DNA of 64,000 nucleotides from contig CAJINV010000001.1 of the NCBI GenBank assembly GCA_905178155.1, forward strand, positions 15,004,142 through 15,068,141, read 5' to 3'. The notes below the pieces were generated by a model that was given only the letters and a program-made list of their open reading frames with translations, did not search any database and had not been told where the DNA came from. The DNA comes from Amoebophrya sp. A120. Lineage: Eukaryota; Protista; Dinoflagellata. Every line of letters begins with the position of its first letter. Positions within the stretch are counted from its first letter, which is position 1. Positions 12,901 to 25,910 of the stretch are shown piece by piece. Position numbers and translations under genes: made by a program.

Positions 12901-13084
12901 GCATCTGAAAATTCTGCGGATTGTACCCTGGAGGGGCAGGCGGAGCAGTACCCGCTTGCATCTGCATTGCGAAGGCGTTCAGTTGCTGTTGCTGCTGAAG
13001 ACTTAGGTTGCGCAGCTGCTGCAGCTGCTCCTGTTGCAGGTCGACGCCTGAATGGGCGTGCTCACCACCTCCTTGGGGCATCAT
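6918..13084 (-). CDS. 8-exon Q/G/S-rich protein with a possible RRM-like segment (LMVKNLPHRLD)
   Basis: Hand-joined in frame: exons 13084-11721, 11528-11407, 11092-11001, 10787-10715, 10429-9453, 9171-8130, 7881-7234 and 6976-6918. Four GT-AG introns plus three TIR elements link ORFs 11699..13084, 9447..10424, 8113..9171 and 7196..7825. Ends ...SPSEEVMAFFDDGK*. Confidence 0.75.
6982..7233. mobile_element. introner element, TIR family A (252 bp), TSD CAGCA
   Basis: Left TATCAACTGTAAAAATGTCTGGGTCTGGAA, right TTCCAGACCCAGACATTTTTACTCTCGATA. CAGCA at 6977-6981 and 7234-7238. Removal gives ...VGSAALVARSP... in frame. Confidence 0.93.
10435..10714. mobile_element. introner element, TIR family B (280 bp), TSD CGTCC
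   Basis: Perfect 32-bp TIR TATCCTGAGTAAAAACGTACCCACACCAGAGT. CGTCC at 10430-10434 and 10715-10719. Removal gives ...PHRLDDRMIH... in frame. Sense-strand boundaries GT...AG. Confidence 0.95.
10793..11000. mobile_element. introner element, TIR family D (208 bp), TSD AAAGG
   Basis: Imperfect ~29-bp TIR: TATCCAGGAAAAAAAGTGTGTTAGTGTAG vs reverse complement TATGCAAGAAAAAAACTGTGTAAGTGTAA. AAAGG at 10788-10792 and 11001-11005. Removal gives ...FARKAFARIRNDL... in frame. No GT or AG at the boundaries. Confidence 0.9.
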
Positions 13085-16000
13085 TTCTTCCAGTGTTCCT
13101 GAAAGTCTTCAACAGTTCGCCGCGACTCCGACACTTGGAATTTTTTTCTTCTGACGTTTCTTGTCTTCTACTTCTGGTTATTCGCGTGCTCCTCTTCGTA
13201 CACGGGATCGCAAAACGGATCTTCTGGAACTGGGCTCTATCTTCTGGGGCTGCTCCTTTTTGTCGATGTGCAGACCACCGGCGGTATCGTTCACTATGAT
13301 CTTCTGCAATAGGCCAGGTCTTCTGGGAGCAGGATGCTGGGTATAACAATCTTCTTTCTTCTTTCGTGCAAAAAAGTTAACTTTTTGTTTCACCTTCACT
13401 TTCTTGGGGGAGATATTCTTAACGCTCCTGCGTACAACCAAATCGCGTCTTTTCGTGTTGATTCTTCTCGTCAGCTACCGGCGGAGAGGACTATTAGCCG
13501 GGTTCTTGTCGTAGGGCAAGGAAAATCGACGTCAGTGCTGCTGAATTCTAGGTCTCCTGCAGCTGCCGCCTCCGATTAAGAAGTTGCCCCAAAAATAAAT
13601 GCTCTCCAACACGCTTCCAGTGCTGTTTCTCCGTACTTAGTTTTCAGGGTGTCTTCACACACAGGTCTTGAGTCTCGATGTCACGCAGAACGAGAAGGAG
13701 GTTTCAAGAACGTGCTAGTAGATGCTATAGTTCATTCACGACGTGGTCGCCGTTGTTCTTGTTGCCTTTTTCACTATGTATTTGTTTCCCTGGTGCCTTT
13801 TCTTTCCTCTATCAATTGTTTTAGTGAAGAAGGTAGGTACGACGGGTTGCTTTTTATGTCCGAGGTTGGAGTGGATAAGGGAACTACTAGAAGTACTTTG
13901 TTTTTACAAGGTCGATATACACTACAGGTTAGCTACTTATCTGGTGCTTTCACTTTTTCCGATGATCAACAGTTCTTGTGCCTTTACAAAAAACCAGAGT
14001 TGCTTTGATCGAAGATCGTGCAAATTTGGCGAAATGTAAGCAAGGGCGTCAGAAGTGAAGCGTAGTTTGTTATTAGGTATCAAAATACTTATAAATAAGT
14101 CGTGATCAGCAGTCAGATGTAAATAAGGGTAGAAAAAAAGAACCAAAACGAAGTGCTCCAAAGATCCGCCTGAAGTTGGATTGTAAGTGTTCTAGACTGG
14201 TTTTGTCGTTTTCCAACAAAGAAACAATAAGGTCTTACAAGGGGACAAAAAACGAGGATTATGTCGCTATTGCACTTGTTTCATGATCATGTTTTTTGTC
14301 GAGAAAAACATGTTGAGGGAGCGGGAGCGCAAAACTCACAATACATGATCTTCCGGGTGCGTTGTTGTGTACTAGTTGTCACGTAACCTCATTCAGTCTC
14401 TATGTAAGCGCGTACTTCAATTCGGCAAATTACAGAAGCGGAACTGCAGGAACTTTCGTAACAGGAATTAGAGTACGTAGTTCAACATTATTCGTGCTTT
14501 TGTAATTATGCGTAAAAGAACAGGTCTTGGTTTACTTTCGCTTCAGATGAGAAAGAAAGCGATCTTGTGCTGGCTCTGATGGTATATAAGTAGATGTTGA
14601 TCATCAAGGTTAAGGTTTACTTCTCGCAATAAGAAAATTTTTAGAAAAGGCTTTCTTGGGTCTACTATCTGATCTTCTTCGTGTCAGGGAGTTAAGGCTG
14701 ATCGTCAATTTTTTGGTCGCAAAAAAAGGGATGCAGGGTGATCTTCGAAATGACAGCTTCGAACAATTTATTTTTTCCGAATCGCAAACCGACTTCAGAA
14801 CGCTGTTTGAGGCACAACATCCAATTTTCAGCGCTGGCACCAGACCGAAGTACAAAGTTTTTGCCGTTGTATTCAGTGGTAACTAGAAGTTCTTTTCTTC
14901 TCGAACTCGACCGATTCATTTCATTGAGCTTCTCATCTGCGAATTATTCTCAAACTCAACCGAATCATTTCATACAGCAAGAGCTTCTCACTTGCGCATT
15001 TGTTGCAGTGTCTTGTAAAAGTCGTACCATCGCGACTTAGCTACAAACATAAATTCGAGAACATGTACAAGATTCACAAAATTGGTAGTATGCTGTTCGC
15101 AGGGCTGCGCAAGCACAAGCATCCCAGAAAACAACCGAGATAAATTTATTTTTTCCGCGTCACATCACAGTCGACCATGGAGCCCTTAGATAGTCTGAAG
15201 TAGAAGCTGCTTGTTCAACAGAGAAAGAAGTCTCAGATAACTTGCTACTGCACCCGATGGACAGAAACAAATGCACCAAACATCTTCATTTCTACGACCG
15301 CCCTCTCATTTTCAATAGAATTTCACCCAAGAAAGAAGTGGCGCCACCTATCATAGCTGAGCACCAGTTCTGCGCCAGTATTTTTCGCTCCCCGCATATA
15401 TAATCTACGGTTGTCTACAACTCCCCTGTAGTTCCTTACGAAGGTGAAGATCCAGCTACATCAGCTAGAAGCCACAACAGGATTCTCACATACTGGTACG
15501 TCTAGGTACTGTGCTTTCCTTTCCACCATTAATTTTCCCTACTAAAAGTACAGTAATATAGAAAAATTCTCTAACCACTAACTCCCGTCATATTCCATTC
15601 TACAATTCTCACATTCGGTCTATCAATATTCTCCCCCCGCCCTCCAGGATTCTTTTTGCCTGTAATCCGGTGTCATTTCAGTTGGTTGACACGGAAAAAC
15701 TGATAGGATGTTATATCAGATATTAAGGCACGACCACGACGTCCGTCTCCGTGTGTTGAGAAAATTAGAATTATAGTAGTTACAGGTACATGTCATTGCG
15801 CGTTACATTGTGAAAATGCTTCGAAATAGGGTACACTTTGTTGATGTAGAAACAGAGTACCCTTCCTCACAAAAGTTGTGTGGAAGGCGTACCAAATGAA
15901 ATTATTATCCCGCATGTTAGCATTTCCGTAGGAAAGAGAAACGCAAATCTAACACTAGACCAAGAATCAGAAGACTTTTACTACGTACATGTTTGGGTTT

Positions 16001-16301
16001 TGACCTGACAGCTAGCACAACATGCATACAAAACAGTGTCAGAGGATGAGATTCCTTCGTGCTGAAAGAAAAACGAATCTTCTTTATCACCACTATGACT
16101 ATGATATTTACATCCGTTTTGCATTTTCCGTGGCGGTAGTTTCATTTCTTTTTCGTGACAAATAAACAAGCGGACGATAACGCACGCTGAGGTTTTTCGA
16201 CGAGAGTTCCGTGCTCCTCTATTGATCTGACGGACTACGTTTGCAGTTTCTTCACGAAAAATTGGCCGCTGGGAAAGTACTCCAAGTCTCTTTTTCTCGT
16301 C

Positions 16302-18445
16302 TCAGTTGTAGGTGTAAGTAGACCCTGCTGCCGTCGTGTTAATGGAGTCCTCCTGTAGAAATATTACGGTTTAAGCTCTTCATGTTCTTCAAATTTGTTT
16401 AAGTACATCTTTCATACGTCTTCGATCATCTTTTCATTTTTCTTTTTGACCAATGGAGTAAAAACAAAGACTATTTCAAAACTTAGCTAGTACCGTGGCC
16501 CGGCGGGGCAGGAAACTGTCGTCCTGGGGCAAGACGAAGGGAATACTACTGAAGGGGTCCTGACCTTCCGCTGCGGCTGGCGGCGCCACAAACCCCGGGG
16601 GAAAGGCCTGAAACAACAGGTTAGCCGCTGCTGCCGCTGGATTTTCGATGTATAAATATTGTCATACTCGTCCGGCAACAAAAATACGCTGATACTCAAC
16701 ATATTGAAACATTTTTTTTTGCAACATTTCTTATTCTTTCACACTTTCAAGTGCAAGAACAAATGCAAGCGAACAAATCGAAAAAAACATAATCCATACG
16801 TGGCAATGGCTGGTGCGGCAGAAACATGCCTAAGTTCTGCGGAAACGCCTGCTGTGCCACGGCGTACATGTTGGGATGCGCGAAGCCGAATGCTGCCGCC
16901 GGCTCGTATTGAGAGGAAAAATCCCCCCTCCCCATATCGAAATGGAAATCTGTGATGCGGGATTTCCGTACACAAAGCGGCTCTGTCTTGCAGTAGAGGA
17001 CTGCAGGTAGATACAATGCCGGAAAAGGGGCGTTTTGGTGTAGGCACCTAGCAAGGCAGGCATCTCCTCCGTACGCCCTACAGCATTAAATTTTTGCCTA
17101 CAGGACGCGCCGAGGTTTTTGGATTTGCCTTCTTGCAATACAGAGACGATTTGTGGTCTCAAATCAGCATCACAAATTTTCAGAAGTATCTCGGTTTGGT
17201 ATGGGGAGGGGGGATTTTTCCTCACAATAGCTCGAATCCGGTCATCGGTGGCATACCCGTGTAGTCCCACAACGGGGCCTGCGGGGGAAATTATCGATTG
17301 CAAATATTCGAGTCTGGAGTGGGAAAATTGCCAAGTCTGACTCTTGTGTTGAATATGCGTCTGCTCGTACGATTTTTTACATCCGAACTACATCGTGTGT
17401 ACGAATTTTTACATCCGAACTACGTCTGCCGAACGGCAAGAAAAAGATTTTTTTGCAATTCTCCAGAACCAGAACTCATATTTGCATCGCATATTGCGGG
17501 CACCCCGGCAATCTGCGGTGGCGCGGGGACGGCAGCTGTTTTTATATTAGAAAGAGAGGAAGCGTATCAGTATCTTTCGCACAACATCCAGAATACTTTC
17601 TCAACGTCAGGACACAGTATGAAACGTAAAGAAATCCGATGGTGCAACAAATCGCCTCCAACTATGTATAGTATCATCGACCAGTACGGATCATGTTCCC
17701 ATTCCCCGCTTGCTTTCCTTTTCCCTTCTGCGGCAGCGGTGCCGGTGGGACCATGTTGTCACTGGAAGCTGTCGTGTCCTTACTCGCCGCGTTGTAGGCA
17801 TGAAAGGATCCCAGGGATTTCTGTGGTTTGATAGAAAGGTCCAAATTGCAGCTTGAAATTTCTGCCACGTGCGAGCGGTCTCTGGCAACTTGGAGGTCGA
17901 TCAGCATCAAAACGAACAAAACAACCATCATGGATTCTCCTTCTCGTCCTACGAAACAAAAAACAACGCAGCAGTGAAAAAGAAGCAGCAAGGACGATAA
18001 AAAACACCGCTACCCCCGCCACAATGGCCAACTCCTGCGCGAGCACCATGGGATTCATCGTACCACAAATCCTGCAGGCCTGATTCCGTCGGAATTGCAA
18101 GTCTTCGCAGGTGGGACAAATCCAGTCCCCGGGCACGTACTTGTACACCGACTTGGGCTGCTGCGGCTTAGACGGTGGTGCGGGGGCGGGTTGCTGTTGT
18201 TCGCTCGGTTGGCTATTGTTGTTGCCCCCGCCACTGGCGGTGGTACCCGCTCCGCTGCTGGCATTAGTACTTACGGTGTTTCGGCCGTGCTGGTGCGGCC
18301 CGTGGTGGTGCTGGTGCTGGTGGTGGCCGTACCAATTCGCCTTGCTGTTGTACCAATTATTGTAGTTGTGGTAGTAACCCGGCTTGCTGGCCCCCTTTCC
18401 CGCTCCCTGGTGTTGGTGTGTGTGATTCGGACCCGCAGACTGCAT
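16302..18445 (-). CDS. multi-exon RanBP2-type zinc-finger (putative RNA-binding) protein
   Basis: GDWICPTCEDLQFRRNQACRICG in exon 1. Downstream exons join in frame (KSLGSFHAY..., PAVPAPPQIAG, APLWDYTGMPPMTGFE|PAAAFGF..., AAAANLLFQAF..., EDSINTTAAGSTYTYN*). The 3' end is uncertain; an alternative stop lies at 16476. Confidence 0.7.
16907..17229. mobile_element. introner element, TIR family E (323 bp), TSD GCTCG
   Basis: 30-bp TIR TATTG(A/T)GAGGAAAAATCCCCCCTCCCCATA with 1 mismatch. GCTCG at 16902-16906 and 17230-17234. Removal gives ...MTGFEPAAAF... in frame. Non-canonical boundaries. Confidence 0.93.
17292..17493. mobile_element. degenerate introner remnant inside an intron (TSD lost)
   Basis: TATCGATTGCAAATATTCGAGTCTGG vs reverse complement of the right end TATGCGATGCAAATATGAGTTCTGG. 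TAT...ATA ends. Internal direct repeat TTTTTACATCCGAACTAC x2. No matching 5-bp TSD. Confidence 0.6.
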
Positions 18446-19471
18446 ATTCTGTGCGTAGTTGTTTACCTGTGTTATTGATGTTGTACAGAGATTTTTGATA
18501 AAGCCGATGGAATTTTTGATGGAGGTTCTCCATTCAGAACATGCAAGTACATCACGTCAACAAAACATATCGCAAACACAAACAATACCATTTTGCAATG
18601 CTTAAGATTCGAAGATTGTCCCTGAAAATGCGATTATGTTCCCCGTCGTTAAGAAGTCACAGCTCGTAGTCCTCTTCAATAATTCAGTACTAACATTTAA
18701 CGAAAACACCCTTGTAATATGAAACAAAAAAAACCGCCTAGAGGAATATGTGCGTTCCAGGTCATCGTGTGCTGGTGAAAGCGGCAACCAATCTATCTTC
18801 CAGAAAATGTAAATAATATCCAAAACGCGAACGATTAAAAGTCACCTTGTGTGCGACCGATTGAAAGTCAATCCTTTCTGCTTTGCCCCATGCCAACGCG
18901 CGCAACCAACACGAGTTCTGAGGTTTTCTACGGACTATCAATCGTGAGCACAATGACCGAGAACCCCTTCCCATCCGCAAAACGACAAACAAGAGCAGGC
19001 CGCGACCCCATATTAAGATGTCATCCTCGAAGCGAAATACTGCTCCGATCCCCTTTTGTAGAGTATGAAACCAGTACAAGAATCCGTGAGACACTAGTCA
19101 ATTTCCAACAAGAATAGTTTCGTGAATCTACGCCGACAAAATACACCCCAAACACGAACTGTTTCCCGGCGCAAACAATGAGCATGAAACAGCTACCCTT
19201 GGCTCGTTTGAACTCGACCGACATACACCCTCTACCGACGCGAAATCAACCTCAACCCCAGAACGAACCTCGTGAGGAACTACCGATTAGCGACAAGAAC
19301 CTGGACAGTAGAATCAAATTCCATATAGCTGACGAAACAGAACAAAATCAGGTACGCGTTTGATACTACACTGGTAAGAAGTACAAGTACTCCCTCGGGA
19401 TATTTTTACTTACTACATTCACATTGTCGCTTTCGCTTTGCGTACAAACTCGTCCGCTAAAAAACACAGCA

Positions 19472-22400
19472 CTATCTTTTTCGTTTCCGACTCATGTAGC
19501 GTTCCACGAGAATCTTCTTGCATAGTTCCGTCTATGGAAGCGTCAGGTTTGAAATCGACAAAGTTGAAATGATTTGTCATGGATAAAATGGATACCAGTT
19601 GGCAGACCAAATTCCAAGCGGCGCATGACAAATTTTCGGAGCACCGGAATCCAATTTGTCATGCTGTTTGGGCACAGAGGACTGCTTTTGTCATGCAGCT
19701 TTAGCAGCTCTATCCCAAACCCTAAATAGGCTCACAATCTGCCTCACTTGCCACCCCGGCAAGACAGGCACTTCATGCCTTGCATTCTATGCATGACAAG
19801 TCTTCATTTCAACTTTGACGATTTCAATCCTGATAGATCCATACCGTCCATGCGAGCCGTAGTTCGTCGTCCTCTTTTTTGTTCCTCCTGGCTTGCTATC
19901 AACTGTAAAAATGTCTGGGTCTGGAAGAATGCGCGATTTTTCATGCTGCTTTTCCATGACCCATGAGGTCTGGAATGCAGGACCTAGCATGATAGATTCT
20001 GCGAGACCTTTCCAATGCCTATCCTCCATGAGAAACTACCTCCCGACTTGGTCAAAACTGGACGACTTTTGGTAATCATGCAACACAGATTTTTGCATGC
20101 TGCAGATTTAGCATGACAAGTTGCATTCTTCCAGACCCAGACATTTTTCCATTTGATACTTGCCGAGTTTTCTCCAGCGCCTCTGCCTCCCTCCAGACCT
20201 GTATCGCGTGCCTCGCGCACAGCAGCACACCCGTGAAGAGGCGCTGCGCCTTGTTGGTGTTCGCGTCTTTTGTCCATCCGGACGCCGCTTCGATGTAATC
20301 AAATTCGTGCTTGCGGCACACTTCCTTTGCCAAAGCCCGCGGTACCCACGCACAGTTTCGCGCAATGTCGTTGGACCACAGAATCTTTACGTCGACGCCT
20401 GAAGGCTGTTCATTGGAAGTAGTAGTGCATTTCCTGCTACTCTTGCCCAGCACACCATGTTGGTCCTCTATTCCCGGCTTCGTCGTACTGTTCGACTTCG
20501 TCTCGACGGGAATAGGTTTCCCGGAGTCCAAAAACCGTGGCTGCTGCGTTGCAGCGCCAAAGGACGACCCGAAAGACGACAATTTTCCGAATGACGCAGT
20601 GCCAAAGCCGCCGCCGCCAAATGAGCTTGACGAACTTGTAATGAACCCCAAAGAGGAAGAGGAGGAGAAACCCGCAGCGGCCGCCGGAGCTGCAAACGAC
20701 GCTGCAAACTGGCTTTTGCTACAGTTTTTCACGGTCTGGGGAGCGGCCTGCTGCAGCTCGGATTTGGAATTCCCATTGATGTCTTGTTCATCTTGCGCAA
20801 CGTCTCCGTGTACCCAGATTTTTTCCTCCTGCTGCAGTGAAAAAATGACCACGCTGTCGATCGTATCTGGTCGTATAGAAGCCGTTTTCGAAGTAGAACT
20901 GCTACTAGCCGATGCCCCTCGCAACAAGCCCTGTGAGGATGTGTATAATTGCTGTGTTTTCGACAAGGAGTGTTTCTCGAGAAAATTGTCCAGCGCGCAG
21001 TCCCAGTGTCCGTACTTGTTCCGCACTGAGAGCAAGTCGGTCGAGGCCAGCTTCCGGTCGACCGCGTTGTTGTACCGCATTTCCTTGGTCAAAGCCACCA
21101 TGTTCGCATGCAAGTCGTACACCGGGCGGTCCTCCGTTTGCCAAACCGCGAACAGAATCTCGCTGCCGCCGACCAGGGGCGTCTTCCGCTCCACCCCCTT
21201 CTCGCCCATCAGGACTCGACGGCCCCGCTTGCGCCACTCGTCTGCGGTGCGCAGGGGGTACACGTCGGTGCGGGAGTAGATCTTTTCTCTGCCCTTGAAC
21301 AACCCTTGCATCTTCGCGCTCGGGTGCAGCTTGTGCTGCTTGTTGTGCGCAAATTCCGCGCTCAGGCAGTAGACCAGCGAGTTCTTAAATTCCTCCTTGG
21401 TGCGGGGAAACGCATCCTTCACCTTCAGCTTTGTCCGCCGCAGCTCCAGCCACCACCGTTTCAGCGCGAGGGGCAGGTTGGAAAGCCTGATCTTATCGTG
21501 AAACTGGTGTCGCTTGTCCCAGCCGATCGTGTAGGTAAACTTCTTGAAGGGTGCGGTGTTTGGGTCCAGCGTTATTTGCACGCCGAGGGCGCTATTGTGT
21601 GGGGTGCAGCAGTACTGTTTCACACTTGTATTGTTCGTTCCATTTTTAGTACTAACCAAAAGCCTGTTGCTTGTCACCGGGTCGTCCTGTGCAGCTCCTG
21701 TGGTCGCCCCCACGGTGTCTTGCGTCGCAATATCCACAAAGGACGAAAAATACCCCCAGGGCTCTGTTTCCGTGCCGAGTGAGAAAAGGAAGCGGTCCGG
21801 CGTGAAACTGTTATGATATCCACTAGCGGAGCTGTGCTGCATAACACCTTTCTTGCTCTTCATTTTGCTTGCCACAGAGGAATTGTTCACCTTCCCCAAA
21901 TGAAGACTAGTGCAGCTCCCCGTAGTTGCTACTAGATTTCTGGCGAAAACCTTCCGTGCGTTTCGGGCCGTTTTCTCCTGCCTCTCTGCATCTTTCGCTT
22001 CCGCAATGGCCTCGTCAGAGAACAGTTGCTCGTGGTGGATCCGAACCTGCAATGCCTTGAACCCGGGAACTGTGGAGGCCGCCCAGAGAATCGGGGCCTT
22101 CTTCGCATAGAACCGCTGGTAGGCAAGTTGCAGAATGAAGAACGACGTCGGGGTTTTCAGCTGCAGCACTTCAAAGACGGAGGAACAGGGGGCGATATCC
22201 GCCACACATCCCTCGAACATCTCACGCTCTTCCGAGGATGAGAAAAACGCACGGATATCCTGCAAGATCACGTCACGTTCGAGTGCTGACGAATGCTGCT
22301 CTAAGCCATTTCTCGTCTTGTCGGCTGCCTCGACGTCCCGACCGGCATTTTTCGACGCCACCATCTCAGAAGAGCTGGCGGTAGGAACAGCCTTTATTTT

Positions 22401-23282
22401 CATCTTCTTCGGCACTGCATCTGCTTTTGTTTTTGCTTTTGGTTTCGCCTTACTCTTTCCCTTGGCCATTTTTTTCGATGTCGCTGCATGCTGCTCGGAC
22501 TCAGAATCACTTAGTTCAATCACAACAGCTGCACCCGCATCGGCAGCAGAAATCTTGCTGCTGGATTTAACACCACCAGCAGCAACCGTAACATCACTTC
22601 TAATGGGCGTTTCACTTTCAATCGCCCCCACAGAAGAGGACGACGCTGCGGAAGTCCCGGAGTAAATTCCCGTGTGGAAATCGCTACCCTGTGGTTCTGT
22701 CGGCAAGACTTTTCTCCCGCCAAAGAGCGATAGCGCGAAGGCCCGGACGGTCTCGTTGTTTGCCAAATTGGAGATTTGCCTTGCGCGCCCCACGAGGAAT
22801 ACCATAATTCCTTCTTGGATCCGCAGTAGCCGTAGCTTCTCATGCTGGGCGAGACGGAACGCCTGCCTTCGCTTCACCGGCTTCTTCACTGCTTTGCTCC
22901 CCTTGTTCAGAAACGCTTCCACGCGAGCGGTTGCGGTTGACGTGCCGGCAGCTCCTTCAGTTCTGCCTGTTGCTGCGCTCCCTGCTGGTGTTGCGCCTGT
23001 GGCAGCGTCTCTGTTCAGCAGACTTGTAGACGACGCTGACGACGCGCCGGCGCCGGTAAGAAATCGGTCGAGAACATTTTCGTCTTCGATCTCTCCTGCA
23101 TTGGCGTCACTGGCAAGAAATTCGGCAAACTCCTCCTCCTCATCGACGTTCAACCTCAATTTTTTACTCGGCTGCAACACGTCTTCGGCGTCGTCAAGAT
23201 CGAGTTCCTCCTCACTAGAACTAAAATCCTCGAAATCATCCACCTGCTTGCTGTTACTCGCAGCGCTTGTTCCTGCGGCCAT
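19472..23282 (-). CDS. XPC: DNA damage recognition protein XPC/Rad4
   Basis: BHD motifs FPRTKEEFKNSLVYCL, EKIYSRTDVYPLRTADEWRKRGR, LFAVWQTE, RNKYGHWD and FDYIEAASGW. After removing the two TIR elements the C-terminus reads ELRLAWTELCKKILVERYM, matching the XPC W..L.K.LL helix. Stop at 19472. Confidence 0.88.
19533..19843. mobile_element. introner element, TIR family C (311 bp), TSD CCGTC
   Basis: ~40-bp imperfect TIR TATGGAAGCGTCAGGTTTGAAATCGACAAAGTTGAAATGA. CCGTC at 19528-19532 and 19844-19848. Homologous to 53820-54126 in inverted orientation. Confidence 0.95.
19897..20158. mobile_element. introner element, TIR family A (262 bp), TSD CTTGC
   Basis: TIR TATCAA(C/A)TG(T/G)AAAAATGTCTGGGTCTGGAAGAATGC. 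CTTGC at 19892-19896 and 20159-20163. Roughly 90% identical by eye to 57255-57516. The XPC frame stops inside it and resumes after it. Confidence 0.96.
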
Positions 23283-24286
23283 CCTGAAACAATGCCCGCG
23301 TCGCGGGCAAGTACTTGAAGATGTGTGTCAATGAGCAAGCATGCTTCATGGGCAAGTTTAGTTGAAAAACAACGCGACGCTTTTATTCCTTTCAGATGCT
23401 TAGAAGGACGCGATCAAATTTAGATTTTTTCCTCACGATGCGCAGATTGATACACACCAGAAAAACTTACTTCCGAACTCTCAGCTTGCCACACCAAAAG
23501 ATCCCTACGGCGGCCTGTTCTGGGTATATTGATGTTGATCATGATATTCACATAGAAACGACCAGGATCGGGGGCACAGAACTCGATCATCACCTGACAT
23601 CGTCGATCGTCATCTTATGCGTCCTCGTGCAAAACATGGAACCGCGCGCCAAGCACGAAGGCCTGTTTATGAACGTATCAAAACACGATTCCGAGGCATG
23701 AAATTCGGTCGAGGGTAAAACTCCACACGAAGCAGTGAAACGTACAACTTCTGATGTACCTACGTATACGTTTGGTTTTCATAAGGTAGAAGCACCCACC
23801 AGCAAGGATGCTAGCGTTTCATAGATGGGATGCAAGAGAAGGTTCATTCTGGAAGCGCGTAAAGGTTCATCAATAATTTTCATTCGTACAGGCATTTCTT
23901 GTTCGAAAAAAGTTGTGCATTTTTGAAAGTAAAGGTGCGCGCTGCCCGGCTCGATGGCCCAATCGTGACACTGGAAAAGTAATCTCGAATCTTCTTCCTC
24001 ACCATTCTTCTCTTCTTTATGTCGCTTTTAGATTTAGAATTGGAATTTTGTGTTGTTGCGAGCTTTCTATTGCTCTTAGAAATCTCTAGTTGATGAATCT
24101 CAAATCTTTCTCCTGCTTTCTATTTCTGTTTCTGCATATCTAGTGAGCTTTCTCTTTCAAGGTGAATCCAGTTGGAAAATGAGTGACAGAGTTCTTGCTG
24201 CTCCTTGATTGCTTTTCAACACCCATTGCCACCCTAGTACGTCTACACACAACTCGGACGTTACTCAACATAAACATATCTCTGTC

Positions 24287-25700
24287 CTACTTCGCGGATG
24301 CAAAAAGCTTCGCCAGTAAGCTTTTTCTTTTCGGTGCCGGAGTTGACATCAGCTGGGTAATTTCCGACGTGGCCGCGTCCTCTACCTGCTCCACCGACAC
24401 CAAGCCGGGGGGAGAAACTTTCCCCCCGCCCAGCTCCCATCTCACTCGCAGCGGGTGCAGACTGACGACGATCCCCGTGTTGCCACGCTCGACTTTGAAG
24501 GCACTCCCAGTCTGCTTGGGGTTCATTTGCGTGAGTCTCTTGTTCCACTTCATCTTCATTTTAGCCACCACGGTTTGGTGCGGACGGAACGGCGGCGGTT
24601 CGTGTCCCGGAACTGGTCGCGCCATAACGGGGTAGCTGCCGCCGCCGGGGCCCCGGATTTGCTGCGGTGGTTGGGGCGGCCGGGCAGAGCTGGTGTTTAT
24701 CATTTTTCGATATTCGATGGGGCACATTACAATAAACACCTTGCATGAAGATAATCTCCAAGTCTGACTGTGTCAACGATATTTATGACGCACAACAAAG
24801 AAAACTCGTCTGTAAGATACCTGCTACTCGCCACCTGCTGTGCGTGCAAAGCAGCTCGCTGCTCCGCCAGCGAAAAGGTGCAGGCCTGGCAATTGTCAAC
24901 CGTGGGAGGATTGCGCGTGCCGCACATGGGGCAAATGAGGTGCTGCGGAGGTGGTACGGGGGAACGCGCACGCGCTGCTCCGCGGTGATCCTGCTGCTGT
25001 TCCTGCTCTTGAGCACCGCTCCATTCTTCCGCAAGCTAGTAAAACGGTTTTGATTTTCATTTTTCGTCCCATTTTGATATAAAACCGGGAGCCAGGATGA
25101 AGAAACAAGCAACAGAACTAAATGATCTCCATCGAGAAAAGTCAGTCCTTAAATAGAAAAGCACAGTCAGTACGCCCAAGTTTGCCCTGCGCAACTCCGT
25201 CCCGAACGGTCGACGCTGCCCGCACATGTCACAGGTCGCGAGGAGGTGCAGATTGTGGAAGCTGCACGTGGGACATTCCCATACCTAGCGATAATCATGT
25301 TGTTTGACTTGTAGGATAAAACTACTCGATCCCCCCGCCCCCTTGTACTAGTTTTATGAGAATACGAAAAAGTTGCAGACTCGCAGTCTACTGGGAGTGT
25401 GGCGTCTGATAGTTGCCTATCGCAGCTGCATCCTGGTCCCGATAGTTGGCGCCGGCGCCGCAGCCTTGGAGAGTGATCGTTTAGATTCAGATTCTAGACT
25501 ACATGTCATCCATAGGGATTACAGAGTCATCGATACTTCGTCCTACGATCATGCGTTTACCATCAGTGACCCTACCGGCCTACTCTGTTCGACTGGTGGA
25601 GTTGCCCAAGCGGGAACGTCGACACCAGGAACATAAACGCTAAAACTCCCATTGTATCTGTCAAACGAATGAAAGGAGGGGTGGTCAGAATTGCTCTGCT
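24287..25700 (-). CDS. spliced exons encoding two RanBP2/NZF-like zinc fingers; probably the 3' end of the giant upstream gene
   Basis: Exon ~25284-25174 reads VWECPTCSFHNLHLLATCDMCG. Exon ~25035-24821 reads ICPMCGTRNPPTVDNCQACTF. A GT-AG join leads to the last exon ending LFASAK* (24287). The link across 25300-25910 is not fully resolved. Confidence 0.6.
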
Positions 25701-25910
25701 AAAAACGCGACTGCGGCAAAAAACATTTTTTTTTGTATTTTTTCCAGACCATTTACTCCTCAGGATAACCATCGTAATCCAGCCTAGTAGAACCCCGGCT
25801 ACTTTGTATTTCTCTTGAGCGTTGTCGAGGTGCATGTGCTAATTTCTAATCTCGTTCATGTTTGGTCACACAAAATCAAAAACCTTGGAGAAAGCAAAAA
25901 ACTGCATCGA

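Noticed and set aside
13600-16200. AT-richer 2.6-kb gap with ORFs such as 14656..14886 as a decayed transposon or gene
   Set aside because: No TIR/TSD pair, repeat or protein motif found by eye.
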